From Dicyema japonicum (taxonomy: Eukaryota; Animalia; Dicyemida), in the NCBI GenBank assembly GCA_011109175.1, contig RDEW01000005.1, positions 541,523 through 605,522 of the forward strand: a stretch of DNA of 64,000 bases. The letters are read 5' to 3'. The notes under the pieces were generated by a model that was not told the origin of the DNA, did no database searches, and worked only from the letters and a program-made list of their open reading frames with translations. This document shows positions 25,740-37,569 of the stretch, piece by piece (position 1 is the stretch's first letter; every line of letters starts with the position of its first letter). The position numbers were made by a program, and so were the translations under genes.

Positions 25740-26270
25740 TACTGATGCGACTACGCTTATATAATGGATTTGTCCGACCAGTCCTCATGTATAACGTCGG
25801 TACTTGGGGAACATCAAAGAAACAACTTGACTCTTTTCACAGAGGCCAACTAGAAAACTCCTCGGATACTCTTGGCCAAAGAAAACTCAAACAATAAATT
25901 ATACAAACTGACTGATTGTGGACCAACATTCTGAACGTACGTGAATTCCGCTGGCGCCTTTTTGGACATATTCTACGGATAGATGAACAGACACCATGCA
26001 ATGCGCCATGGAAGAATTTAACTGTATCTCTTGCATTCAGAGGACGTCCGAGTAGTTGTCTTCTATGGACACTCGCGGAGGATTACGCAATGATCGGGGA
26101 CCGACTGATAGACGCGGACGATATGGACGAAATCAGGAAAGAGCACGACAACGAAAAGGATGGAGAAGACAAACGAAAGGATTATCGAAAAGCATACCAC
26201 ATGCGAAACCATAAACAGTGTTTACTGGTAATGCGAATGTCTTTAACTAATCTTCGAGTTTATGCCCTTG
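25740..26270 (+). mobile_element. RTE 3' portion
   Basis: RLRLYNGFVRPVLMYN.GTW, RWRLFGHILR and FRGRP. Confidence 0.8.
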
Positions 26271-26289
26271 CAGAATAATGTCATTTATG

Positions 26290-26900
26290 ACACCGCCTTA
26301 TCAAATGAGGAGAAAATCCTCCAGATTTACGTCAGCCAAACGATATTCAGTAATAATCCGGAAAAGGTTCCAGTTTGAGGATTTGTATATGTAGGTCGGC
26401 TTCTTCTTATCACAAAATACCTCTCTCCTGATCTTCAATAAAATAGGGATGTGGTCGCTTCTGGTATCGTATATGACGGACCAAGTTACTCTTGGAGAGA
26501 GGGTTGGAGAGCAGAGAGTGATGTCTGCGGATGTAGGTTGATCAGAATTCCTGAAAGGGATTCTTGTGTGTTTCGAGGGGTCATTAATGATCATCAGTTT
26601 TCCAGACTGCGAGAGTGGAAGTCTTCCTCTTGCATCGGCAGGCTGACTTGACAGCCAAAGGGGATGTTTGGCATTCATGTCTCTGCAGTTCAAGATATCC
26701 CCCATATTTTCCGAAGTAGATAAGTCAACCATTGAATACTTCTTAGGGCATGAGCCAGGAGGAGGTATATAGACGTTCACCAGTGGATTTTGTCGGCACA
26801 AGCAGATGTTCTCCCTTTGGTTCCTTCCTTGGATTAATTAGTTATGACTGTTTGTGTTGGGGTTACCATTGTAGACCTGAGGTTAATTAATAATAATGTT
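26290..26900 (-). mobile_element. LINE-A APE endonuclease fragment
   Basis: VNVYIPP, DMNAKHPLW, SADITL and TRSDHIPI. Confidence 0.85.
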
Positions 26901-27399
26901 TCTCGACTGCATCCATCATTCGGCCCTCGATCACAGCATAATTTTCCGCGAGTGTCCATGGAAGACAACTTGCAATTTTTTATTGTATATGACGAAACAT
27001 CTATGAAGCTTTCAAATCATGAATATCCAATTTGTTAGCAATTTTAAGCGTCATTTCCTGAAGCACATCATTAGTACGAGTATGGTTGTATTTTCTTTCA
27101 TTTTGTATCCACTTATATAAAGGTGTGTAAAGTAGTGCTAGTTGTAATATTTTTTGAATTTTCCAATTTTTGCTGCAAATATTTTATTTCTTTATTTTTT
27201 TTAAACTAAAATTTATCGGTTCCAACAGGCATTTTAAATTTTCTGCTTAGAGAAGTCGAGCGATGACTGGAATTTCTTTTTGTACTAAATGAAAAATTCA
27301 TTAAATTTCAATTTTAGGAGGAAAATCATTAAAATTTGGATTCATTAAGTAAAATATTCATTAAATGAAAAATTCATTAAACAAAAAACAAATGTAATT

Positions 27400-27760
27400 T
27401 TTTTGTCGGCATACCATCCTTACCGCAAATAAAAATATTATCCACGCAAGCAAATTTTTGTCTTGCTCCTTTTGTCACACCAGCGTTTGTTTTGTGAAAG
27501 ATCAAGATGAAATATATTTGTTGAGATTTTTACTTGATAATTAGGATGTCGATTTTTTCACGTATAAGAAGTATCGACTCGAAAAGAAAGCGGAAAATTT
27601 CATAATAAAGGGAAATTATACCTGAAGGATGTAAACTACACAAGCTCGTAATTGTTTCCACGAATATAGAAGAAATTAAAATAATCGCTCGGGAGATTCA
27701 TGAGGCCAATCATTGTGTGCATTGGAAACTCTTTGTAGAAGATTTTTTATAATAAAAAAT
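27400..27760 (+). mobile_element. Integrase-transposon N-terminal fragment
   Basis: RLEKKAENFIIK..KLYLK..EIKIIAREIHEANH, read across frameshifts. Confidence 0.45.
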
Positions 27761-27779
27761 GAGATCATCGACAAGTTGT

Positions 27780-28760
27780 TAGAGAATGGAATATTTGCCA
27801 ATTCTCAGTACTACTAAATGATGATTCAACTCATATGAATGAAAATTTGCTCTCAAACCATTCACGACTGCTTCATCATTTTTTTAATGTAGCCTACATA
27901 AGGAGAATTGGATTAAATCCTTTGATGCCTCTGTAACGACGAAATGGATTGTCACCTAATTTATATATAAGGCATGCATTTTAATCTTTAATCTGTTTTT
28001 TCCAACATTTATTTGGATCATCCGATAACATCTTCGACAAAGTCTGATTGAATCTTTCTACAATTCCTAAAATAAAAATAATTCAATAGTATTGACTACG
28101 TGGGTTGTTTGGAGGTGAATGAATTTGAATAATGTTATATTTCTTGCAAATTGCAGTGACATGTGAGTTTTTAAACTCGGAGCCATTGTCCGATAGTAAA
28201 TATAAACATGGTCCATAATCCATGAATATATCCTCAAGGTTGTCAGCAACTTCCAAACCACTTTTTTTCTTTAAGCTTTTGTAACAGCATATTTTGAATA
28301 AATATCAATAGCCGTTAAAAGCCACAAATAACCATACTCGCTAAACCTAGAGAATATAAAACTGATACCTTTTAAGATCTATTAAATCTATTTGGGCCGA
28401 GTTGCAATTATATGATTTTCTTCATATTCCTTAAGACTTTTGGCAAAAAAACATGTCTCACAATTGAAAACAACATCTCTTCACAAAAAATACCGTTCTC
28501 TACAATATGTTTCTAAGATGTTTTGGCCACAATGTGTTAAATCATGAATTTGAGTATCGACAAACTTCATTTCCTCAACGTTGTCCGAAACGATAACTAA
28601 TTTATCGCCTTCTGGTCTTTTAGATACATTCTTCCTCCTTTAAGAACGAAGCTCTTGGACTTTTTCAGATCCTGCACATAGCATATGCAGGAACATCAGA
28701 AGGTAAGCCTCCTTCCAGAATAATTTTGAGATTATCATATTCAACAGATGTCTTAACAAA
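27780..28760 (-). mobile_element. Integrase (rve) transposon relic with a probable intron
   Basis: LLSDNGSEFKNSHVTAICKKYNIIQIHSPPNNPRSQ..GIVERFNQTLSKML, with an AT-rich ~25-nt interruption ending in AG at ~28058-28083. Confidence 0.75.
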
Positions 28761-28929
28761 CAAGCGTGACATAATAATTCAAATTAGTATTAATAGTTTA
28801 TAATAATTTTATACAATAAAATTAATATTTTATCTTACTAAAAATTAGAATTTTAATCCAAAAGAACAATTTTTATAGATTCAAAAAAAATCCAAAAAAT
28901 TCAAAAAATCGATATTACAGGTAGCGCAT

Positions 28930-29800
28930 AGTTGCAAACAGCGCTCGCGACACATTATCCGGATTGAATTATACTGTGGGATCAATAGCATGCCCCCGAA
29001 TACAATGGAAGATATTACAGATATTCTTTACGCTACACAGTGCTCATTTGAAGCACTTACTGTTCACATGGAGAACGACTGGCTACAATCAATAAATGGG
29101 CGACTTACTAAACTAAAGACTCACGCTGAGAAAATCAGCGCACTAGCACTAGTTGGTCATGATGACTCAACGAGAAAAGCTTTGTGTGCTTATGCATACA
29201 AGAAGTCTGGAGAAAGCGTTGTGTTCAATCAATGAAGAGATTAGAATTGTTGGAAAAAAGATTAGGATGCACAAGTCGAGAAAGGAATTTTGAAGAAACA
29301 ATTTATGCTCTGAGCTTAATAGAAGGCGCTTTTATAGGAAGATGAGAAAGGAAGGTCGCAGTTCTGTGTACATCGAGGAATGTTCAGTTTTTTGGAAAAA
29401 CATGTGGAAGGAAAAATATAAGAAGGATGTGGGACTCTCTATATCCAAAAAGATTACTGGGAAAGAGGAGACATATGCTGACTTTTCGAAAGAAGGATTG
29501 CTGGGAATAACTCTGGACTACCTATATGGATTATTACGTTTATAAAAAACTTATGAAAATGTGGACACTCCAACTTAAATTAAATGGTGTTGTGAATCTA
29601 AGGGGAATATTCCAAGGGGATTCCTTATCCCCACAGTTATTTGTATTATTGATTGAATTGACTATTAAATGGTAAATACTCTAAAGTGACCATGGATGCT
29701 AAGGGAAATACTCTTACCTATGCTACTAACCACTTGCTGTTTATGGATGATCTTAAATTGACATCCTATGAGGATGACACAATGCTCTTGCTATTCCCAA
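28930..29800 (+). mobile_element. R4-like element fragment
   Basis: FWKNMW..TYADFSKE, GIFQGDSLSPQLF and TNHLLFMDDLKL. Confidence 0.8.
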
Positions 29801-30650
29801 CAGTATTTCTGTGAGAATAATTCTGATCCTTTTCCCGTACATCTTTCCAAAATGACACGCACTCATCTCTGTAACTTTACAATCACTATTATTGACGTCA
29901 TCGTTGAGCCTCCGATAAAACCTCCTCTTGTTTACCTCAAAACAAAAATTATTTCGTCTAAAGGATTTTTTGATTCATAAATTGAGATTTTTTTTCCATG
30001 ATCTTGATTTTGTCTTCAATTAGGGTAAAAATCCTTTTCAGTTCTCCCTTCTTTGATTTCTTGTATCCAAACGACCATAAAACATGAAACGTTTTCTCCT
30101 TTTCTTTCTTTGACTACTTCCCAGTAAATTCATAGACCTAGCAACAATTTTCTTTAAATTTGGCGATTCTCTTTTCCACGTTTTCCTTCCAAAAGCTTTT
30201 TACTGATTGCATCTTTGTCAATTTCTCATATGCGCATCATAAATAATGTCAATTTGATATCACTGGGATTCCTCAGAATCTCCGTTTCACAGAGTTGACA
30301 ACCATTGAGATCCACTTGATACTGTCACCTGATCGAATCTCAGTGATTAATGATTTAAGGGACAGCAGTTTCACACAGAGCGTTGAACATACGCATACGT
30401 TCTTTCACTTATATTCAAAGATCTGGCATACTTCCACGAATGTGAAGTCACAAAGCAATCCCAAGTGAGCACAATCGGAACAATCTTGACCTTTGCGTGG
30501 TGTATAACTCCAGCTCTTTGTAAAGAAGGTCATATTTCCTCAGCTTTTCGCATTACACCTGCTGTAGATTTTGGGAAGATGTTATTCCCACTTCGACCAA
30601 GGTAATTTTGTTTCTCCTTTTATCAAAATCGAACAGGTCTGACTTATGCT
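29800..30650 (-). mobile_element. R4-like fragments; 30385-30650 is a near-identical copy of 6540-6800
   Basis: Direct DNA match to the RLE region of 6300-9220, including the same premature TAA. Confidence 0.8.
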
Positions 30651-30654
30651 CACT

Positions 30655-31010
30655 TCGCGAGATCAGGACATCCAGAAGGACACATAAAGAATACAAATTA
30701 ACCTGGACAGGCTTAATTCCTGGATAATAGAAAACCGGCTCGTTGTGAATGCAAAGAAGTCGACTACGTCACTATTTACCTCTGACAAAAAATTGAGAAG
30801 GAAGACAGTCACCTTGATGTTAAACAAGATCGGCATCCCTTCCCACAGATGTCAAAGGATCTTGGGTGCGACAATTGATATGCATCTCTGTTTGACACCA
30901 CACGTAGAAAACATTTTATTGAAATGCTGAACGTATTGAAAAGTTTATCGGGAATATGGAAGAGTAGTACTCACCCAGTCTTGATGAACTTGTACGAACA
31001 GTACATCGAG
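30655..31010 (+). mobile_element. LINE-A 3' RT fragment
   Basis: KKSTTSLFTSDK..CQRILGATIDMHL..THPVLMNLY matches 16272-16661. Confidence 0.8.
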
Positions 31011-31180
31011 CCATGTTTCTCATATGCATGCGCTTCGTGGGGACCGCCAACATCTGGGACAAATACAGCACCGATAGAAAAGTGCCCCAAATATAGAAAG
31101 TGCCACAAATATAGAGGGTACATATAATTCTTACATTTTAAAACTATTATTTGTATTTTTTAATAACAAAATATGTTGTT

Positions 31181-31429
31181 TCATAAAAAAGAGAATTTAT
31201 TTAATGAGAAATAATCAGTTATTTTGAACTCAGTATTATACTTATTTCTTAGAATCTTTGAAATTTTTATTCTGAATTTATAGTATTCTTTAAGCCCTTC
31301 AGGGCAAGTATTGAATAAATAAGTTTCGAGATTATTCATTATTGACTCTTTTAAACATAATTCTTCAATCTCATCATTTCCATTATACAAAGTCCCATTA
31401 TCTTCAATTCCGTTTATTTCAAGTTCCAT
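31181..31429 (-). mobile_element. pogo/Tigger transposase C-terminal remnant (tentative)
   Basis: MNNLETYLFNTCPEGLKEYYKFR resembles MNTLEENIFNLFPEALKDYYNFR at ~58180-58255 in the pogo element. Confidence 0.45.
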
Positions 31430-31449
31430 TAACCCTGAAACATGTTTAT

Positions 31450-32255
31450 CAATTAATTCAGATGCTTTTTTAAATTAATTTAACGACCACATGTTCTCTG
31501 TTCGTTTATTTTCATCAACAATTGACAATCGTTGTTGTTGTTACTCGACTCCAAGCTTGTCCTACAAATGCAATTAATCTTCAATAGGGTCGATTAGTAT
31601 TCCTTTACATCGTCAAGACATATCATTTCATAAAGAACGTTGTTATAATATGTCTTAAAAGAATTTAATGACCCTTTTCCTGCCTCCAAGCCACGTGGTC
31701 AATGATTCGTGTGAGCTCCTTCATCTCAGCCAAATGTTGTTTCTCGTCCCTTTCGCATTTTTCTTTGAGGATGGTGTTTTAGCGGAGTATTCGTCCCTTT
31801 TTGTTAGAAAACAAGAAAAACTTAACGTCCAAAGCTGAGGTTGAACATGAAATCGCCTGAGCTATTTCAGTTCGGCATTTTGAAATGGCCTCTGCGATTT
31901 TAACTCTGTGAGATTCAAATTTCTTTTGCTGAAATCTGACAGATTTTTTCGTGAATTTCGGTTCTTCGTAAGCAAAGTTCCGTAATCCTAATTTTCTGTG
32001 AACGGGAACACTACATTGATCATTTTTTGAATCCTCGATTCAAGATTTCGTATTTTATTTTTCGAGACTGGCTGTTTTATTGGCCCACTTTTTACTAACT
32101 TAAAAATCAAAGTTGTCCTTTTCTCCAAATCCGTGATCTTTTGATCGAGTTGCTGCTGTTGTGCCTATTCTTCTGTGATTTCCTGACCCTTCCTTTCTAA
32201 TATGTAGTTCGACCAGTTTAGTACCCATTATTATCAGCAAAGCCTTGATCTCTTA
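31450..32255 (-). pseudogene. ODAD1: ODAD1/CCDC63-like outer dynein arm docking complex gene, disrupted, 5'-truncated
   Basis: Coiled-coil pieces QQQQLDQKITDLEKR, KIRNLESRIQKM, EIAQAISCSTSALD and ILKEKCERDEKQHLAEMKELTRIIDH match the recalled family pattern LKEK.+KD..Q+..EMKEL.RII.H. Short GT-AG introns lie between the pieces. It has in-frame stops and frameshifts. Confidence 0.65.
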
Positions 32256-32267
32256 GATTATTTTGAT

Positions 32268-32547
32268 ATGGTTGCTTAGGCTACGGGTTCGAATCTCGCT
32301 GCTGTTCACCTGGTGGAAGGTTCCACGCATCTACGATGCAGAAAGGGTTTGACGAGTGACGCCGTCATCAGTGGATACTCACTGCGGAACTGGATTGTTT
32401 AGAAAGGACACTCACACAAGAAAAAAAGAAGTGAAGATCATTCCTTGGTTCTACGATTAGTTAACTGTTCTTTACTTAATAAAGTGTGTGTCCTGCCTAT
32501 GCGGAGCTATAAATACTATGGCTCTCGTGAAAAGGCTTTATTATTAT
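32268..32547 (+). mobile_element. tRNA-derived SINE with RTE-type 3' tail (copy 1)
   Basis: Box B GGTTCGAATC at 32286; core gaaggttccac..gacgagtgacgccgtcatcagtg; tail gcggagctataaatactatggctctcgtgaaaaggctttattattat. Confidence 0.75.
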
Positions 32548-33464
32548 ACTTGTGTCGACTGAGTGAGCAGATAATTTGCCTGCAATTCCCTTTTTCGTTT
32601 TCAAGGAGGGCCAACTCAGACCAAAATAATAAAAATCGTTACATTTGGCGATGTAGTATTTTTCTGTTTGCAATCGTCGAGGTTGACTTGCTACCTTCGA
32701 ATGTGTAGTACTTTTTTAAGAGCTTCTTGAGTTCATCGACTTCCAAATTGTCAGAATTCTACATATTTTTTGGTTTTATCGTTCCCAGATGTTATAATAT
32801 TATTGATAGACAACTGTATTTCATTTAAATATCATTTTTTACTAAAATTAATGAATTTATTTCAAATAGGAGATATTAAAAATATTACATTTTGTCAAGA
32901 GATGGTATACAGGGAAAACATTAAATAACCGACGCCCATAGAGAAACTAATCAAAAAAAACAAAAATGGACACAAATGCCAAAAAAGTGCTCGGCCGCAA
33001 CGAACTTGTGTAGGCTCAAGGAATCAACACCGAGCAAAGATGAGAGCCTTAATCCAATTCGTCAGGATCACTTTATTTAGTTTTTCGGTTTAACAGTGGT
33101 CTTTGGAATTAATTTTAATCAAGTGGTTTCAATGTTCCCTCGCCCTTATTCAACACATGTGCCGTGCCAGAAAACTCGTCACCTCACGGGTGGGATCTGG
33201 TAACGAGAATTCACCTTCACTAAAAAGTTCATATATCGGACTTGAGACACGTCAGTCAGATCCTATGTCATCAGGCCGTTGACTGTCCTAGGACTTTTAA
33301 TTGTCTCTCTAACAGAAGTGCAAAAAAATTACCAAAATTTTATCTTTTTTTTAATTTGAAATAAAATTATAATAAACGTAAAATGATACAAAAATTAAAA
33401 ATAATTTGATTAAGTTTGACTTTTACGTTTTGGTGGTCCTTGTTATTATTCATAGGTAGTTTTA

Positions 33465-33980
33465 ATGGGGTCCTCCTTTGATCAAACAAACTACAACTCC
33501 TCAGTCTTCCAATATAACGGATTCTGTGTTGTCTACATTTTCGTCATCATCCTCATACACTTTTTTTGTATAAGTATCCCTTTCTTTTCCTCTGCCTTCG
33601 CTTGGACTCTTACCAACATCATTCACAGTGTGGTTAACTTTCACCTAACTTATTTTTAGATAACTTTTTTCGCCTTTCATTACTTCGTTGGTAGTCCCTG
33701 GTTGTTTCCTCTTGACAACAACCGACCCTGCAAATCTGACTCAGTGGGAGCAGATAGACTATGGAGAACAGTTCACCTTTAGCAAGAAGTTCCTCCTGGT
33801 AACACCAATCGTTCTGTTGTGATTTTTGCTTATTCTAGGTTTTTACTGGCATCCTTCTACACGAAACATTCATTTTCATATTTTATAGTGAATGCAACCT
33901 TTATGCTTCTCGTGTTGATCCCAAAGTTCCCTCAAATGCACGGAGTGAGGATAAATTTTGATTCTCTTTTCGGGAAGTGA
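33465..33980 (+). CDS. ORMDL: ORMDL/ORM sphingolipid regulator, 3 exons, with one apparent 1-bp frameshift
   Basis: [20 protein letters not shown] | intron 33633-33659 (27 nt) | [14 protein letters not shown]..(frameshift ~33720)..[26 protein letters not shown] | intron 33816-33838 (23 nt) | [26 protein letters not shown]. These are the ORMDL signature motifs. Confidence 0.92.
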
Positions 33981-34782
33981 CTATAGTTTTGTTACTTAAT
34001 ATTTTGGCTTTCTATATTTCCTATTTATGCTTAATTGCTTATGTTATCTATAAACGCTCTGATTGACTTACTAATCGATGGAGTCGTCAATTTATAGTGA
34101 TGAGGCTGACTAGTTCACGTGGTTATCAATTTCTGTCCTGTTTTATTGACACACAAAAGCTTTTATTTCGTCTTTAATGGGAGTTATACTCAACTAAGCT
34201 GGAAAATAGAAGGGCACCATTGACTAAGGTTCTTTTAGAGTGATTAAGTTTGAATCTCAACTTTGGATTGTCTTTGATTCCAATATTATGAGTTTTGATT
34301 GAAATTTAAGTAAAAATTAATGTTTTCAAAAGATTTGATTTTAATTGTTTAGTCAAAGTTATTCCTCACTTGACGAGGGTTTAAGGACAATGATATATTC
34401 ATATCTGAGTGACTCTATTTGTTTAAATATAATAACTTATTATATTTAGATTCAGAGACTATACGCTTAGCTTTTTAAGCAACGAACACTTGGGTTTTGG
34501 CATCACTAAAAATACTATATAGCGTGCTAAATTATTTTATTATCATTTTATGGGTGATATTAAAATGATTTGCAATTTAAATTAGCATTTTAAAAAATTA
34601 ATTTAAATTAAAAAAAACACTTATAGCATAATGTATGTTCTTTTTTAACAAAATTAAAAAATAATTATTCCAAATTCAATTTTATATTAAAATAAGTATA
34701 AAAAATAAAAATAGCATTTTAGCACTTAAATTGCCCTAATAAATTTATGTTTATTTTTAATTATGATACGAGTCACAAGTAA

Positions 34783-37250
34783 TTAATTAGCTAATCTCCT
34801 CTTCTTGGGGCCAACGTCAATTGTCAGTATAGGTGTGTTTTCGTTGTCGCACAACCCACATCCCGAGACTCCCCTAGGTCGACATTCCTTATCAGCTTCC
34901 TCCTCATCAGGTATCGATACTCCATGTCTATCTTCAGCTTGCATGCTCTCCAACGTCTTTCTCAATACTAACGTTTGGATGTACGCTTTCACCCTTTCCT
35001 CCAGTTTGAGGGCATCCAGATGGCCCTTGAAGAATCTCGAAACAATCCCATCCCAGGTAATGACTACAGGGATTATTTTTACCTTTGCGCGATGAATACA
35101 TCCGAGTTCGTTCGCCAGTAAGTCATACTTATGGAACTTTTCCACCTCGACTTGCTTGAGGCAGTTTTGGGACGTGATCCCAATTTCAACGAGAGTAATC
35201 GTATTACGCACCTTATCATGAACGAAAATATCGGGTTTGTTATTCTGTACAGCCGTATCTGTACTAATCGTTGTGTCTACACGAATCTCCACAAATTCAT
35301 TTGAGACAACAGATTGGACTGAGTGGGTCTTCAGTTTCTTAGTTTTTCTTATTCCATATTGACGGCAGAGGTGTAAGTGAATACATCTGACCACCTCGTT
35401 ATGCCGCCTGAGATACGAGCTATTCAGCATTCTCCCACATCTAGTTGCAAGGTGATCAACGGTCTTCTTTCCTGAGTTACAATGTTTGCACTTGGCTTCT
35501 CCATTATCAAAAAACATGTTACGATCCTGAAGCAGACACAGCCTTCCTTCGGTTACAGGAGAATGATTTCCATGAACTAACCACCCTGAGGATTCAGCAA
35601 TATTCACTTCGGTATCTTTCAGACACTCAAATAGAATAGAGTGCAGCGATTTCTCTTCAATTTTTCCCAGTAGATATTCATGTTGTATTTCCATCAATTT
35701 CAACATTGTCAAATCCTTCACATTTTCAATGTTGTACTTTCTTGAGATGAATTCTACGATAGTGGCCATGTGTATTTTCTTTGAATTAATGACCCGTAGA
35801 ATTCCCGCTCTTCTTAGGCAGTAATTTGCCTTATGTTCCAAATCACTATAAAATTGGAGGAGCATTCTTTCTGCTTTGTTACTGACTGACTCGAGGCCTC
35901 TTCCAAATTTATTTCTTGGTAGATAAAGTCTTTCTTTGTTTGCCGGTTGCAAGTGGATATGACTGTCCATAAGAATTCTGCGAATATTTTTATCAATCTG
36001 TTCAAACTCTCCAGGTTCGATATCAATCAATCCAATGTAATAGTTGTAAAGGGAGATTGCATACTCATTCATAGCTTTAAACAGGTTCACTGAGTTTAAA
36101 TCCGTCTTCGTCAAATTTTTGATCCGCTTAGATACTTCTCCATAGATTTTATTCATAATTTCTCCTTTAAGAACATTGCTGTTCTTATCTTCAAGAACTC
36201 CCAAATATCGGTATCCATCCAATCCATCAAGGAAACGAGCTTTCCCAGACAAGGACTTGACATTTGTTGCAGATTTGTCAAAGTTCCTCTCCAACCCGGC
36301 TGCATCAAAAAACGAATCAACTTCTTCCATCATCATAACCATTGAATCACTTTTGTGAGAAAACAACTTTATATCGTCCATAAACAGAAGGTGATTAGTG
36401 GCATATGTTGGCTCTCCATTTCCCGGGCTTCCCATAGTTACTTTAGGAAATTTTCCATTCAATATTCGGCTAAGGGGGTCCATTAACAAAGCAAAGATCT
36501 GTGGCGAAAGAGAGTCCCCCTGTAGAATTCCTCTTCTTATTCTAATCTCCCCCAACACTTTTCCTTCCAAATTCAGTCGTATCTTCCATTTCCCAACAAG
36601 TTTCGTGATAAAACTCACAATCCAGAAAGGCAGGCCAGAATTCTGGAGCACTTCGCCCAAAAACTCGTGGTCAACGGAATCAAATGCTTTTTTAACATCG
36701 ATCCAGGTAGAACATAAGTTACTTCCATTTCTTTGATTTAAATATTGGTTCACCAAAGCTTGTTCTTTGGCTCCTTGACACATCCTCCGAGTTCCCAATT
36801 GATTATCACTTAAGAGATCGTACGATTCAATATATTCAGATAATTTCTTGTTCACACACTTTGTCAATAGTTTATAGAGATTAGGCATACAAGTAATTGG
36901 TCTTAACTCCTTGGGTGAATTACATACGTCCACTTTTGGTATAAGATGTGTTATCCCCGTGTAGAACCAATCACCAGGCGTATATTCATCATTTATGATC
37001 TTCTGAATCTCCTCGCAAAGATGTTCATGAATCGAAGTAAAACTTTTGATAAAGAAGTTATAAACTCCGTCGCACCCAGACGCTTTCCAATTTGGAAGCA
37101 TCTTGATAGTATCGACGATCGCTTCCTTTGTAAAATCGGCATAAGAATTTTCAGATCCAGTCACTCTCTTGTTCAACAAGAATTTGCTCTCCTTTCGATC
37201 ACTCTCATTCCAAATGGTTGTCCAAAAAGGTAGACATTCCCTTCATCGAA
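34783..37250 (-). mobile_element. R4/Dong-like non-LTR retrotransposon with intact 798-aa RT-zinc knuckle-RLE ORF; 5' part missing
   Basis: ORF 37179-34783 has KASGCDG, RPITCM, WIDVKKAFDSV, GILQGDSLSP, HLLFMDDIKL, YRYLG, GRGL, CKHC..DHLATRC, RHNEVV and KPDI..LVEIG..EK..KYD. Confidence 0.95.
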
Positions 37251-37254
37251 TATT

Positions 37255-37560
37255 CAGTAAAACCTCTCGAATCCGCCAAATTTGGGACATGGGTAATTAC
37301 GGCGGATTCGAGAGGCAAATTTAATTAATAAAATGCATTTTTTTAATTTTAAAGACTAATTAAAAATTAAAAATATGGATTCCGAGATAATTCTGTAAAA
37401 AGCAAGGTGGATACATTCCCTTTGCTCCTCAGGTCATTTAAGGATCGTCTTGAAATAACACGTCTCAATCTTCCGGAAAAGATTTCAGACACTCTTGTGA
37501 GCGAAATCCTTGAATTTTGCCCGATAAATTTTATAATTTGGACTTATTCAGATTTTTTTT
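37255..37560 (-). mobile_element. pogo/Tigger relic with terminal inverted repeat and HTH remnant
   Basis: Terminus cagtaaaacctctcgaatccgcc with a 15-bp inverted repeat (37263-37277 / 37301-37315). The minus strand reads VQIIKFIGQNSRISLTRVSEIFSGRLRRVISRRSL, CENP-B HTH-like. Confidence 0.55.
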
Positions 37561-37569
37561 AATCTTGTA

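Noticed and set aside
31450-32255. TAA/TAG reassignment to Gln (stops fall in Gln-rich runs: gag taa caa caa caa; gaa tag gca caa cag)
   Set aside because: Intact genes here end at TAA (ZNF800-like), TAG (EF-hand) and TGA (ORMDL). CAA/CAG to TAA/TAG is the commonest nonsense mutation, and the same gene has frameshifts.
34090-34115. C/D box snoRNA (GTGATGA..CTGA)
   Set aside because: The boxes are adjacent with no guide region or terminal stem.
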